DNA of 64,000 bases from Erysipelotrichaceae bacterium (GTDB lineage: Bacteria; Bacillota_I; Bacilli_A; Erysipelotrichales; Erysipelotrichaceae): assembly GCA_029101345.1 (NCBI GenBank), contig JAQXQU010000013.1, positions 5,918 to 69,917 of the forward strand, given 5' to 3'. Below the pieces are notes generated by a model. It did no database searches. It saw only the letters and a list, made by a program, of their open reading frames with translations, and was not told where the DNA came from. Shown in pieces: positions 1-8,324 of this stretch. Position 1 is the stretch's first letter. The number at the start of each line of letters is the position of its first letter. The position numbers and the translations under genes were made by a program.

Positions 1-1083
1 CATACTGACCACCAGCATGGCCATGTCTTGGCGGCAGGTCTGAATGTTGATAATCTGGCAATTGTCAAAAGGAGAGATGACCTAAAGGCCATCTTCCTTG
101 ACCCGCATTTTCCTAGAATTGAAATTGATCTTGATGACCTTTTGATCAGGGAAGAAGAAAAGAACAGCTCGGAGTCATTGATCAGAGGCATTGCCAGCAA
201 GCTAAAAGATATGGGCTATCTGGTTGGTGGCTTTGAAGCAATCTGTGACTCAAGAGTCCTGATTGGTTCAGGCATTTCCTCAAGCGCCTGTTTTGAGGTG
301 CTGATAGTTGAAATCTTCAACAAGCTCTTCAATGAAGAAAAGATTACTGCAATTGAAAGGGCTCTTGTATCCCAATATGCTGAGAATGTCTATTTTGGCA
401 AGCCGTCGGGTCTGCTTGACCAATTGGCTATTTCTATTGGCGGCTTTACAGCAGTCGATTTCAAAGATCCAAGCAAACCAGTCATTGAAAACTTCAATTT
501 CAGCTTTTCTGATCATGGCTATGAATTGCTTATCATCAACACCAAGGGCAGTCATAGCGACCTTTCCCATGAATATGCGGCTATTCCTAATGAAATCAAG
601 GAAGTAGCCAAAGAACTGGGTGTTGAATATCTGGCTGATTCAAGTCTTGATGTTCTTCTTGAAAACCTCAGTGCCATCAGAGAACAAGTGGGCAATGACC
701 GGGCTATTCTGCGCAGCCTTCATTTCTACAATGAAGACGTTCGGGCTATTAAGGAAAAGGAAGCAGTCAAGAATAATGATGTTGAAGAATTGCTTCGGCT
801 GATGAAGGAATCAGGCCATTCCAGCTATATGTATCTGCAAAATGTCTATGCTGCTTCAGCTTATAAGAGCCAGTCATTGGCTATGGCCTTATGCCTTTGT
901 GATCTGCTTTTAAAGGATAGGGGATCTTATCGCATTCAAGGCGGAGGCTTTGAAGGAACAATCCAGGCTATTGTCCCACATGAAATGCTGGAATCATTCA
1001 AAGAATCAATAGCTGCAGTCTTTGGTGAAAACACTATTATTACAGCAAAAATCAGGCCTTTTGGTACTGCTGCCATTGTTTGA
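1..1083 (+). CDS. galactokinase-family GHMP sugar kinase, 5' end cut by window edge
   Basis: Frame 1 is open from nt 1 (HTDHQHGHVLAAG, resembles the GalK signature). GHMP motif GSGISSSACFE. Stop at 1081-1083. Confidence 0.7.
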   Translation, partial: HTDHQHGHVLAAGLNVDNLAIVKRRDDLKAIFLDPHFPRIEIDLDDLLIREEEKNSSESLIRGIASKLKDMGYLVGGFEAICDSRVLIGSGISSSACFEVLIVEIFNKLFNEEKITAIERALVSQYAENVYFGKPSGLLDQLAISIGGFTAVDFKDPSKPVIENFNFSFSDHGYELLIINTKGSHSDLSHEYAAIPNEIKEVAKELGVEYLADSSLDVLLENLSAIREQVGNDRAILRSLHFYNEDVRAIKEKEAVKNNDVEELLRLMKESGHSSYMYLQNVYAASAYKSQSLAMALCLCDLLLKDRGSYRIQGGGFEGTIQAIVPHEMLESFKESIAAVFGENTIITAKIRPFGTAAIV

Positions 1084-1150
1084 TTTTAATTAATGGCATA
1101 ATTGCTCTTTTCTAAAAGGTTTTTAATAACAGTTAAGTTATAATAACAGT

Positions 1151-1187
1151 AAAGTTGCATATTATTTGTATAATGTGCAGCTTTTTT
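1151..1187 (+). terminator. rho-independent terminator after the kinase gene
   Basis: AAAGTTGCA / TGCAGCTTT stem (one G-U pair) with a 16-nt loop, followed by a T6 run. Confidence 0.5.
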
Positions 1188-1216
1188 ATGTTATAATCAA
1201 TTCAAGGTAAAAACAT

Positions 1217-2656
1217 ATGTTTCATATAAGTGATATCAGGAAGTTTGAACGTTGCCATCGCTATTATTATGCTGAACAAAGAGAAGCCGCTTTTCATGAC
1301 TCCTTTTTGCGAAACGATGAGTCAATGACCGATCTTCTTGTTGAGTTCTTTGCACATCCTGACTGCTTTGTTGGAAAAAGAGGTGATGAAGCCCGTCTTT
1401 TCTTTGAGAATGAGCATCGATATGATTATTTCTTCAACGTGCGTTTTGAAGCAGGGGAAATGCGTATCAAGGTGCCAGTGTTGATTAAAGGCACCTGTGG
1501 CTATCATGTCTATTTCGTTCATCATGGAACATCCGTAAGGGAACTTGACTATTACTCATTAAGCATTGCTTATCAGGTTCTTTTGCAAAACAATCTGAAG
1601 GTAAGCAAGATCTATATGATCAGTTTCAATCCTGATTATGTCTTTCATAACAGACTTGAAGTCGGTAAGCTGTTTGTCATTAGCGACTCTTTCAGGGAAC
1701 GGCCTATCATAGATCTTGTCATCAGCCATCCAATCGATTATGAAAAGATCATTGCTGAAATCAAAAGCAGTTCCTATGAGGAAAGTCTTCCAATCAAAGG
1801 AAGAAACTGCCACCTTAAGGTCGAATGTCCTCATTATCATGATTGCTTTGGGGATGAGGAAATCAGGGATGATTCAATCATGACCCTTGTATCTTCAAGA
1901 TATAAAAAGGATATGCAGGCTGAAGGCATTGAAAGGCTGGCAGATGTTGATACAAGCCGTTTGGAAGGGAATCGTGTCCAATATGCCCAGATCATGGCCT
2001 CACGCAATGGGGGACAATTTGTTGATAAGCTGGCCTTGAAGCATTTCCTTTCCTCCATACCAGAGGGCAATGCCTCCTTCATTGACTTTGAATGGGATCG
2101 CTATCTGGTACCTCCATTTGAAGGGATGAAACCGCTGGATGTCGTCTGCTTTGAATTTGCTCTTTATTATCTTGATGATGACCAGCAGCTTCAGAACTAT
2201 ACCTTCATTGGCACTAAAGACTGTCGCAAGGAATTTGTTGAGGATATTCTCAGACATTTGCCAGAAAAAGGTGCAATCTTTGCCTATAATGCCGAAGGTG
2301 CTGAAGTATTAAGACTGAAGGAATTGGGAAAGATCTTTCCGGAATACAACAAGGAACTAAACAAGATCATCGCCCGTTTTGTCGATCTGGCTACACCTTT
2401 TGTGGAAGGACTGGTCTATGACGTCAGAATGGCGGGGAACTATTCATTAAAAAAACTTGTTTCCGTTGTATCGGAATACTCATATAGGAATCTTGATATA
2501 AATGACGGTATGAAAGCTGTATATTCATGGCGTAATGTCGATAAGGGCAATCTGGAAGACAGTTCGAAGGTTTTGGCTGATCTGAAGGAATACTGTTCAT
2601 TAGACGCTTATGGCTTGCTGCTGGTATACCGTTGGCTGATATCTTTGGTGGCGTAA
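1217..2656 (+). CDS. DUF2779-like protein: Cas4/RecB-like Cys-rich N-domain plus RNase-H-fold (DEDD-like) C-domain
   Basis: 479-aa ORF. N-terminal Cys in ERCHRYYY plus the CHLKVECPHYHDC cluster (Cas4-type 1+3 Cys pattern). C-terminal FIDFEW ... YNAEGAEV ... YCSLDAYG exonuclease-like motifs. Extended -10 TGTTATAAT at 1189-1197. Confidence 0.55.
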   Translation: MFHISDIRKFERCHRYYYAEQREAAFHDSFLRNDESMTDLLVEFFAHPDCFVGKRGDEARLFFENEHRYDYFFNVRFEAGEMRIKVPVLIKGTCGYHVYFVHHGTSVRELDYYSLSIAYQVLLQNNLKVSKIYMISFNPDYVFHNRLEVGKLFVISDSFRERPIIDLVISHPIDYEKIIAEIKSSSYEESLPIKGRNCHLKVECPHYHDCFGDEEIRDDSIMTLVSSRYKKDMQAEGIERLADVDTSRLEGNRVQYAQIMASRNGGQFVDKLALKHFLSSIPEGNASFIDFEWDRYLVPPFEGMKPLDVVCFEFALYYLDDDQQLQNYTFIGTKDCRKEFVEDILRHLPEKGAIFAYNAEGAEVLRLKELGKIFPEYNKELNKIIARFVDLATPFVEGLVYDVRMAGNYSLKKLVSVVSEYSYRNLDINDGMKAVYSWRNVDKGNLEDSSKVLADLKEYCSLDAYGLLLVYRWLISLVA

Positions 2657-3172
2657 ATGGAAATTGTGATGACAGGCTATCAGGCTAGCCAGGAAATAAT
2701 CAATAATATTGAGCAAAGGCTTTCCTTTTTGAGGAAATACTTTGTGATACCTGTTATCAAAGTGGAAATTGATACCATACCATTCGATGTTTCGCTGAAA
2801 ATCACCGTCAGAATTGATCTTGGGAAACTGACACTGGGAAATAGCATAGTGCACGATGATTATTTTTCTGGTGTTGAGCTTTGTCTTATGAAGATTGAAG
2901 ACAAGATCAAAGCCCAAAGGGAGGCTCTGTCCTTGAAATATCCTGATTGCATTGCACAGTCCTTTCCTATTGTAAACAGGACAAAACCTATTGCCAAAGC
3001 AAGGAAGGAAAGCAGGGAAATCAGAGAATATGATGAGGAAGAAGCCATCATGTTCATGGAACTTAATGGTTTGAACTTTCTTGTCTATCAGGACGTCTTC
3101 TCAAAAGAGCTTTCTGCAGTTTCGAGGGATATTGATGGAAATTATATCAGATTCGATTTTCAGCAAGGATAA
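2657..3172 (+). CDS. hpf: divergent long-form ribosome hibernation promoting factor (HPF/YvyD-like)
   Basis: N-terminus MTGYQASQEIINNIEQRLSFLRKYF resembles HPF IxGxNIEVTxALxxYVEKKxxKLERYF. C-terminus EEEAIMFMELNGLNFLVYQD...DGNYIRFD resembles the dimerisation domain EEAILQMxxLGHxFFVF...DGxYGLIE. Start abuts the upstream stop (TAAATG). Confidence 0.6.
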   Translation: MEIVMTGYQASQEIINNIEQRLSFLRKYFVIPVIKVEIDTIPFDVSLKITVRIDLGKLTLGNSIVHDDYFSGVELCLMKIEDKIKAQREALSLKYPDCIAQSFPIVNRTKPIAKARKESREIREYDEEEAIMFMELNGLNFLVYQDVFSKELSAVSRDIDGNYIRFDFQQG

Positions 3173-3215
3173 AAGAGCATTTAAGGCAATAATGATTTAG
3201 AAAGGAAGTATTGTT

Positions 3216-3539
3216 ATGTCATTGCCAGACTATTCTATGCAAAAAGAAATCGTTCAAGCTATTGCAAACTGCTATCGTGACGAAAAAAGGAAAATGGAAG
3301 AATATGAAAATGGCCTTTTCCATCCAACAGACGATGCATTCAGAACCATGAATTACATTACAGGGAAGATTGAGATAGTTCTCAAGTACCTAGAGGAGGA
3401 TCATCGGCTCATAATCTATAACGAAGTAGTCCTTGGAAAGAAAGGCAATTGGTATCTGGACTATATGTCACAGCCTACCTATTACCGCTTGCGGAAAAAA
3501 GCATATGAGGCATTTTTGCATTGTTTAGATAATCAATAA
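3216..3539 (+). CDS. small sigma-70 region-4-like / RinA-ArpU-like HTH protein (hypothetical)
   Basis: 107-aa ORF with RBS GAAAGGAAG. C-terminal pattern LEEDHRLIIYNEVVLGKKGNWYLDYMSQPTYYRLRKKAYEAFL resembles region-4 HTH proteins. Confidence 0.45.
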   Translation: MSLPDYSMQKEIVQAIANCYRDEKRKMEEYENGLFHPTDDAFRTMNYITGKIEIVLKYLEEDHRLIIYNEVVLGKKGNWYLDYMSQPTYYRLRKKAYEAFLHCLDNQ

Positions 3540-3581
3540 ATTGTAAAATATTGTTATCTGAATAAAGGAGATTTACTTAAT

Positions 3582-5288
3582 ATGTTAAAAGGTATTGCCG
3601 CTTCCAGTGGTGTAGCGATTGGCAAGGTCTATAAGCTTGAAACTCCTGTAATCAATATTGTTGATCGTACAGGCAATCCGGCAGAGGAACTGGCTATATT
3701 TGAAAATGCTTTAGCAAAGACCATTTCTGATATTGAAAAGGTCAAGGAAAGAGCTGCAGGAAATCTTTCTGAAGAAGAACTTGCAGTCTTTGATGCTCAT
3801 CTTCTGATGATCCAGGACCCTGAATACGCTTCGCAGATCAAGGCGCAGATTGAAGGTGGTGCTTGTGCAGATAAGGCCACTAAGGATGTTTCTGACATGA
3901 TGATTGCGATGTTTGAATCAATGGATGATGCATATTTCAAGGAAAGAGCAGCTGATATCAAGGATGTTTCCTTCCGTTTGATTTGCAATGTCATGGGACT
4001 TGTCATTCCTGATTTGACAGCTATTGATGAAGAAGTCATCATTGTTGCTGAAGACTTGACACCATCTGATACCGCTCAGCTTAATAAGAAATATACATTG
4101 GGCTTTGTGACAGAAATTGGTGGACGTACATCACATTCGGCAATTATGGCTCGTTCTCTTGAAATACCTGCTGTTGTTGGTACTGCTGGCATTATGTCAT
4201 CGGTCAAGAATGGTGATGTAATTGTCATGGATGCCTTGGCAGGTGAAATCATTCTAAATCCATCAGATGAAGAAAGAGCTGCTTATGAAGAAAAGAGAAA
4301 CAGTTTCTTAAAGGAAAAGGAAGCTCTCAAGGTTCTCAAGGATGCAGAATCCATCTCAATTGATGGTCATAAGGTTGAACTTGCCGGCAATATCGGTGGA
4401 CCAAAGGATGTCCAGGGCGTTGTGGACAATGGTGGTGAAGGCGTTGGCCTTTTCAGAACTGAATTCCTTTATATGAATTCAGAAGCCGACTTCCCAACTG
4501 AAGAAGAACAGTTTGAAGCATATAAGAGTGTTCTTGAAGGCATGGGAGGCAGAAAGGTTGTTGTCAGAACACTGGATATCGGTGGTGATAAGAAACTAAA
4601 CTACTATACATTCCCTGAAGAAATGAATCCATTCCTTGGCTATCGTGCCATCCGTTTCTGCTTAGACAGAAAGGATGTCTTCAGAACCCAGTTACGTGCA
4701 TTATGCCGTGCATCAGTATATGGCAAGCTTTGCATCATGTTCCCGATGATAGCTACTGTCAAGGAATTCCTTGAAGCAAAGGCTGTCTTTGAAGAAGAAA
4801 AAGCAAAACTCTTAGCAGAAGGCATTGCTGTTTCTGATTCAATTGAAATTGGTATGATGGTTGAAATTCCAGCAGCAGCTGTACTTGCTGATGAATTCGC
4901 TAAGCATGCCGACTTCTTCTCAATCGGCACTAATGATCTTGTCCAGTACTCAATGGCTGCTGATAGAATGTCTGAAAAGGTTTCATACCTCTATCAGCCT
5001 CTTAACCCATCACTGCTTCGACTCATCAAGATGACAATTGATGGTGCACATTCACAGGGCAAGTGGTGTGGCATGTGTGGAGAAATGGCTGGTGATGCTG
5101 GTGCTGCTCCTGTATTGCTGGGCTTAGGTCTTGATGAGTTCTCGATGAGTGCTACATCAATTCTGAATGCACGTAAGATCATCCGTTCAATTTCCAAGAA
5201 GGATATGGAAGAACTTGCCAATAAGGCAATTTCATGCCAGACCGAAGAGGAAGTCAAAGAACTGGTTGATTCCGTATTAAACCATTAA
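3582..5288 (+). CDS. ptsI: phosphoenolpyruvate-protein phosphotransferase (PTS enzyme I)
   Basis: 568 aa. Active-site His motif GGRTSHSAIMARSLEIPAVVG. C-terminal FFSIGTNDLVQY PEP-utilising motif. RBS AAAGGAG. Confidence 0.97.
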   Translation: MLKGIAASSGVAIGKVYKLETPVINIVDRTGNPAEELAIFENALAKTISDIEKVKERAAGNLSEEELAVFDAHLLMIQDPEYASQIKAQIEGGACADKATKDVSDMMIAMFESMDDAYFKERAADIKDVSFRLICNVMGLVIPDLTAIDEEVIIVAEDLTPSDTAQLNKKYTLGFVTEIGGRTSHSAIMARSLEIPAVVGTAGIMSSVKNGDVIVMDALAGEIILNPSDEERAAYEEKRNSFLKEKEALKVLKDAESISIDGHKVELAGNIGGPKDVQGVVDNGGEGVGLFRTEFLYMNSEADFPTEEEQFEAYKSVLEGMGGRKVVVRTLDIGGDKKLNYYTFPEEMNPFLGYRAIRFCLDRKDVFRTQLRALCRASVYGKLCIMFPMIATVKEFLEAKAVFEEEKAKLLAEGIAVSDSIEIGMMVEIPAAAVLADEFAKHADFFSIGTNDLVQYSMAADRMSEKVSYLYQPLNPSLLRLIKMTIDGAHSQGKWCGMCGEMAGDAGAAPVLLGLGLDEFSMSATSILNARKIIRSISKKDMEELANKAISCQTEEEVKELVDSVLNH

Positions 5289-5294
5289 TTAGGC

Positions 5295-5323
5295 AAGGAG
5301 ATATGAATAATATCTCCTTTTTT
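5295..5323 (+). terminator. rho-independent terminator after ptsI
   Basis: Perfect 10-bp stem AAGGAGATAT / ATATCTCCTT with 5-nt loop GAATA, followed by a T run. Confidence 0.75.
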
Positions 5324-5605
5324 AAAAAAATGAACAAAAATCTAGTATTAGCACATTTTGATTTTCTCTGTATGGAACTATTGCATTTTCTTGATATCCA
5401 TGGTGATGGTGATATTCATTTGGAAAACACTATCAAGGATATCAGGCATAAGTTCCATAGCTATCTAAAACGTCGTGATGCTGAAGTGCCAGTTGCTTTA
5501 TCGATTTTCAAGGAACTCTATGATTTGCTAAGAGATCATCGCTGCCTGGTGGTCTTTGAGAAAATGGCTGCTGAGCAGATGAAAAAACTTGCAGAACAGA
5601 TGTAA
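5303..5605 (+). CDS. hypothetical helical protein; start uncertain (5303 or 5330)
   Basis: 100-aa ORF with non-repetitive sequence. The AAGGAG SD and ATG 5303 lie inside the ptsI terminator stem. The alternative ATG 5330 has no SD. Confidence 0.35.
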   Translation: MNNISFFKKMNKNLVLAHFDFLCMELLHFLDIHGDGDIHLENTIKDIRHKFHSYLKRRDAEVPVALSIFKELYDLLRDHRCLVVFEKMAAEQMKKLAEQM

Positions 5606-5653
5606 TTGAAATAGAATAATTAAGTATTATTTTTATATTGATGAGGTGAAAAA

Positions 5654-6373
5654 ATGGGTAGAGCGCATGAAGTCCGTGCTGCATCAATGGCTAAAACTGC
5701 AGCAATGAAATCCAAGTTGTATTCTCGTTATGGCAAAGAGTTATATATAGCAGCTAAGAGTGGTGTCCCTGATCCTGACATGAACCTTGCTTTAAAGCAG
5801 AAGATCAAGGAAGCCAAAGCCAACCAGGTACCAGCTGATGTCATTGAAAGAGCAATTGAAAAGGCTAAGGGTGGTTCTTCAGAAACTTATGATTCACTTA
5901 GATATGAAGGCTTTGGTCCAAGTGGCGCAACTATTATCATTGACTGCTTATCTGACAATTCCAATAGAACAATCGCTGCTATGAATCAGTGTTTCAACAA
6001 GTCCCGTTGCAAGATGGGCATCAAGGGTTCAGTATCCTTCAATTACGATACTCTTGGTGTTCTTTCCTTCCCATATGACGATGAAGATGCCATGTTTGAA
6101 GCAATGGTTGAAGCTGATGTTGATATGACAGATCTGGAAGTTGAAGAAGGTGAAATGACTGTCTATACAGCACCATCTGATCTGCATAAGGCTCAGGAAG
6201 CTATTGAAGCTCTGATTCCAAATGTAGAATTCTCTGTATGCGCAATCAAAATGCTTCCACAGGAATATGTCAAGATTGAAAATCCTGATGAAAAAGAGCT
6301 CTGGAATCGTCTGCTAAGACTCCTTGATGAAGTTGATGATGTCCAGGAAGTATTCCACAATGTAATTGACTAA
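5654..6373 (+). CDS. yebC: YebC/PmpR-family transcriptional regulator
   Basis: 239 aa. MGRAHEVRAASMAKTAAMKSKLYSRYGKELYIAAK is a typical family N-terminus. RBS GAGGTGA. Confidence 0.95.
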   Translation: MGRAHEVRAASMAKTAAMKSKLYSRYGKELYIAAKSGVPDPDMNLALKQKIKEAKANQVPADVIERAIEKAKGGSSETYDSLRYEGFGPSGATIIIDCLSDNSNRTIAAMNQCFNKSRCKMGIKGSVSFNYDTLGVLSFPYDDEDAMFEAMVEADVDMTDLEVEEGEMTVYTAPSDLHKAQEAIEALIPNVEFSVCAIKMLPQEYVKIENPDEKELWNRLLRLLDEVDDVQEVFHNVID

Positions 6374-6396
6374 TGCGAATGCATTAGTCTTTTTTT
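6370..6396 (+). terminator. terminator after yebC
   Basis: CTAATGC-GAAT-GCATTAG hairpin followed by TCTTTTTTT. Confidence 0.7.
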
Positions 6397-6404
6397 ATTA
6401 TTTT

Positions 6405-6429
6405 GAAAAAAAGACCCTGATCTGGGTCT
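6405..6429 (-). terminator. terminator after tmcAL (convergent with the yebC terminator)
   Basis: The minus strand reads AGACCC-AGATCA-GGGTCT followed by T7. Confidence 0.7.
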
Positions 6430-7519
6430 AGATGATGATTGGTCCTTTGAGCTCCTGCTTTAAATAGGCATCCTTGTCATTTAGCAGTGTTGAATAAAGC
6501 AGGGAGGCCTTCCATTCAATATCCTTGTAGCCAGCAGGAATGTTTTTGAATTGGGTAATAATAGGGACCTCATCTTTTTTGATATGTGAGAGATATTCCC
6601 GGCCTTTTTTTCCAAAGCCAAGGATTCTTGCGAATGTTTCATCGCCAAGCTTTTGAATATCTTCCTTTTTGTCATCAAGCATGATATGCATGATAATCCG
6701 TTGGATTCGAGACCTTGTATAGCGTCGGGAGATTGAGGCGTTGATAAATGCCTCAAAATCATTATAACGATAGGCATTGTCTTTAAGCACTTTTTCGATT
6801 CCTTCATCCACAAGAAAAACTTCCTTAAGTTCATCTCTGCTTCTTGTAAGAAGAATTCTTTGAAGGTATAGGTAGAGGTCTTTGTTGAAAACCGGTTCGC
6901 TAATAACCATTGGTGTTGCCTTTTGATAATCCTTGTTCTCCAAAATAGCTTTCCTGATGGCACTAGCAGAGGAGATGGCAGCCAATTCAAGCCCATGATA
7001 GTCATTGGTTCTTTTGATGCAATGAGCCTTCATCTTCTTGCCTTTGAGGGCTTTGAGATAGGAAACAGCCAAAATATCATTTGGATAAAGGGCCCCCGCC
7101 AATAATCCATAGGCCTTGGGATATGATGAACCATCATGCATCAGCTCCTTAAGCCTTGTGACATCAATTGAAAGTTCGGCATACTTGCCAAGTTCTTGAA
7201 GATTGCCGGTTTCTGAACCAAAGACAAGGTCAGAGCATTTTAATGCTTCGAGGATCTCAACAGCCTTCTTGCCAAAGACGTAGGCGTTTTGAAGAGTATA
7301 GGCAACTGGCAATTCAACAATAAGATCAACCCCATTCTCAAGAGCAACTCTAGCCTTTTCAAATTTGTTTGTGACAGAGAGATCACCTCTTTGGCAATAG
7401 TTTCCTGACATGACAGCAATCACGACATCCGCATTTGTCAGTTCCCGGGCTTTATTAAGGTGATAGATATGCCCGTTATGAAAGGGATTGTATTCTACAA
7501 TTACTCCAACAGCTTTCAT
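6428..7519 (-). CDS. tmcAL: tRNA(Met) cytidine acetate ligase (UPF0348/YlbM nucleotidyltransferase)
   Basis: MKAVGVIVEYNPFHNGH is the typical family N-terminus. The track start at 7543 adds 8 unsupported aa. Confidence 0.85.
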   Translation of the reverse strand: MKAVGVIVEYNPFHNGHIYHLNKARELTNADVVIAVMSGNYCQRGDLSVTNKFEKARVALENGVDLIVELPVAYTLQNAYVFGKKAVEILEALKCSDLVFGSETGNLQELGKYAELSIDVTRLKELMHDGSSYPKAYGLLAGALYPNDILAVSYLKALKGKKMKAHCIKRTNDYHGLELAAISSASAIRKAILENKDYQKATPMVISEPVFNKDLYLYLQRILLTRSRDELKEVFLVDEGIEKVLKDNAYRYNDFEAFINASISRRYTRSRIQRIIMHIMLDDKKEDIQKLGDETFARILGFGKKGREYLSHIKKDEVPIITQFKNIPAGYKDIEWKASLLYSTLLNDKDAYLKQELKGPIII

Positions 7520-7525
7520 GAAACT

Positions 7526-7535
7526 ATTATATAAT
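7526..7535. promoter_or_regulatory. palindromic -10 element shared by divergent tmcAL and yceD
   Basis: ATTATATAAT is its own reverse complement, so it presents TATAAT on both strands. Each copy sits exactly 6 nt from a start codon (7519 minus strand, 7542 plus strand). Confidence 0.45.
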
Positions 7536-7541
7536 AATGTC

Positions 7542-8036
7542 ATGAAAATAACTTTGAAAGATCTTTATGCCATAAGTGATGAGAAGACCTATGCACAATA
7601 TGTTGACAAGATCATTTTCAATGACAATCCCTTTATCAGAAGGGCGGTTGATATTGATGGTGAAGTGACATTCTATCTTGATATCAATGATGAGCTTAAT
7701 ATTGAATATTATGTCAAAGGCGTGATGATCTGCCCTTGTGCCTATACCTTGGAAGATACTGAGGTTCCTTTTGAGATAGAAGATAGTGACAAGGTGGTCT
7801 TTGATGAAAACAAGGAAGGCTTTCTTATTCGTGAAGATCTAGCACTTGTTGATCTATTTAAACTGATAATACTCCCAGAAGTGCCAATAAAGGTTGTAAA
7901 AAATGGAAAAATGGAGTATTCTAGTGGAGATGGCTGGACATTTTCTACTGAAGAGGTATATAATGACTCTCGCAAAGAAAAGATAGATCCACGCTGGCAA
8001 AAACTTATGGATTTAAAATTTGAGGAGGATGAGTAA
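7542..8036 (+). CDS. yceD: YceD/DUF177 family protein (23S rRNA accumulation protein)
   Basis: Conserved position immediately upstream of rpmF. Cys pair and acidic C-terminus. Start re-set to MKITLKDL. Confidence 0.75.
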   Translation: MKITLKDLYAISDEKTYAQYVDKIIFNDNPFIRRAVDIDGEVTFYLDINDELNIEYYVKGVMICPCAYTLEDTEVPFEIEDSDKVVFDENKEGFLIREDLALVDLFKLIILPEVPIKVVKNGKMEYSSGDGWTFSTEEVYNDSRKEKIDPRWQKLMDLKFEEDE

Positions 8037-8038
8037 AA

Positions 8039-8185
8039 ATGGCTGTTCAGCAGAGAAGAAATTCAAAGACTCGCAAGGCAAAAAGAAGAACACATTATAA
8101 ACTAACAGCACCTGCAATGGTTAAATGTGCTTGTGGTGAATACAAATTATCACACAGAACTTGCCCTAAGTGCGGTGCAAAATAA
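8039..8185 (+). CDS. rpmF: 50S ribosomal protein L32
   Basis: Hand translation gives [48 protein letters not shown] (48 aa, CxxC...CxxC zinc ribbon). Absent from the ORF track because it is under 60 aa. Confidence 0.93.
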   Translation: MAVQQRRNSKTRKAKRRTHYKLTAPAMVKCACGEYKLSHRTCPKCGAK

Positions 8186-8195
8186 AAAAGTCTTG

Positions 8196-8216
8196 ACCAC
8201 CTACTGGTGGTTTTTC
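8196..8216 (+). terminator. terminator after rpmF
   Basis: ACCACC-TACT-GGTGGT hairpin followed by TTTTT. Confidence 0.7.
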
Positions 8217-8246
8217 TTTGCTTAAAAATGAAAACATTTTCTTGAA

Positions 8247-8261
8247 AATTTACTGAAAATA
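8247..8261 (+). promoter_or_regulatory. CodY-box-like site upstream of the liv operon
   Basis: AATTTACTGAAAATA matches the consensus AATTTTCWGAAAATT at 13 of 15 positions. It abuts the -35 hexamer. Confidence 0.4.
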
Positions 8262-8263
8262 TA

Positions 8264-8292
8264 TTGCACTGTTTTTTGCTAAAGTGTAAAAT
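8264..8292 (+). promoter_or_regulatory. sigma-A-type promoter of the liv operon
   Basis: TTGCAC, 17-nt spacer, TAAAAT. Confidence 0.5.
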
Positions 8293-8324
8293 GAAATCAC
8301 GTATTATTTCAGGAGGGTATCTCA

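Noticed and set aside
6481-7005. 174-aa ORF on the minus strand in a second frame
   Set aside because: It is an alternative frame nested inside tmcAL, whose own frame carries the conserved family motifs.
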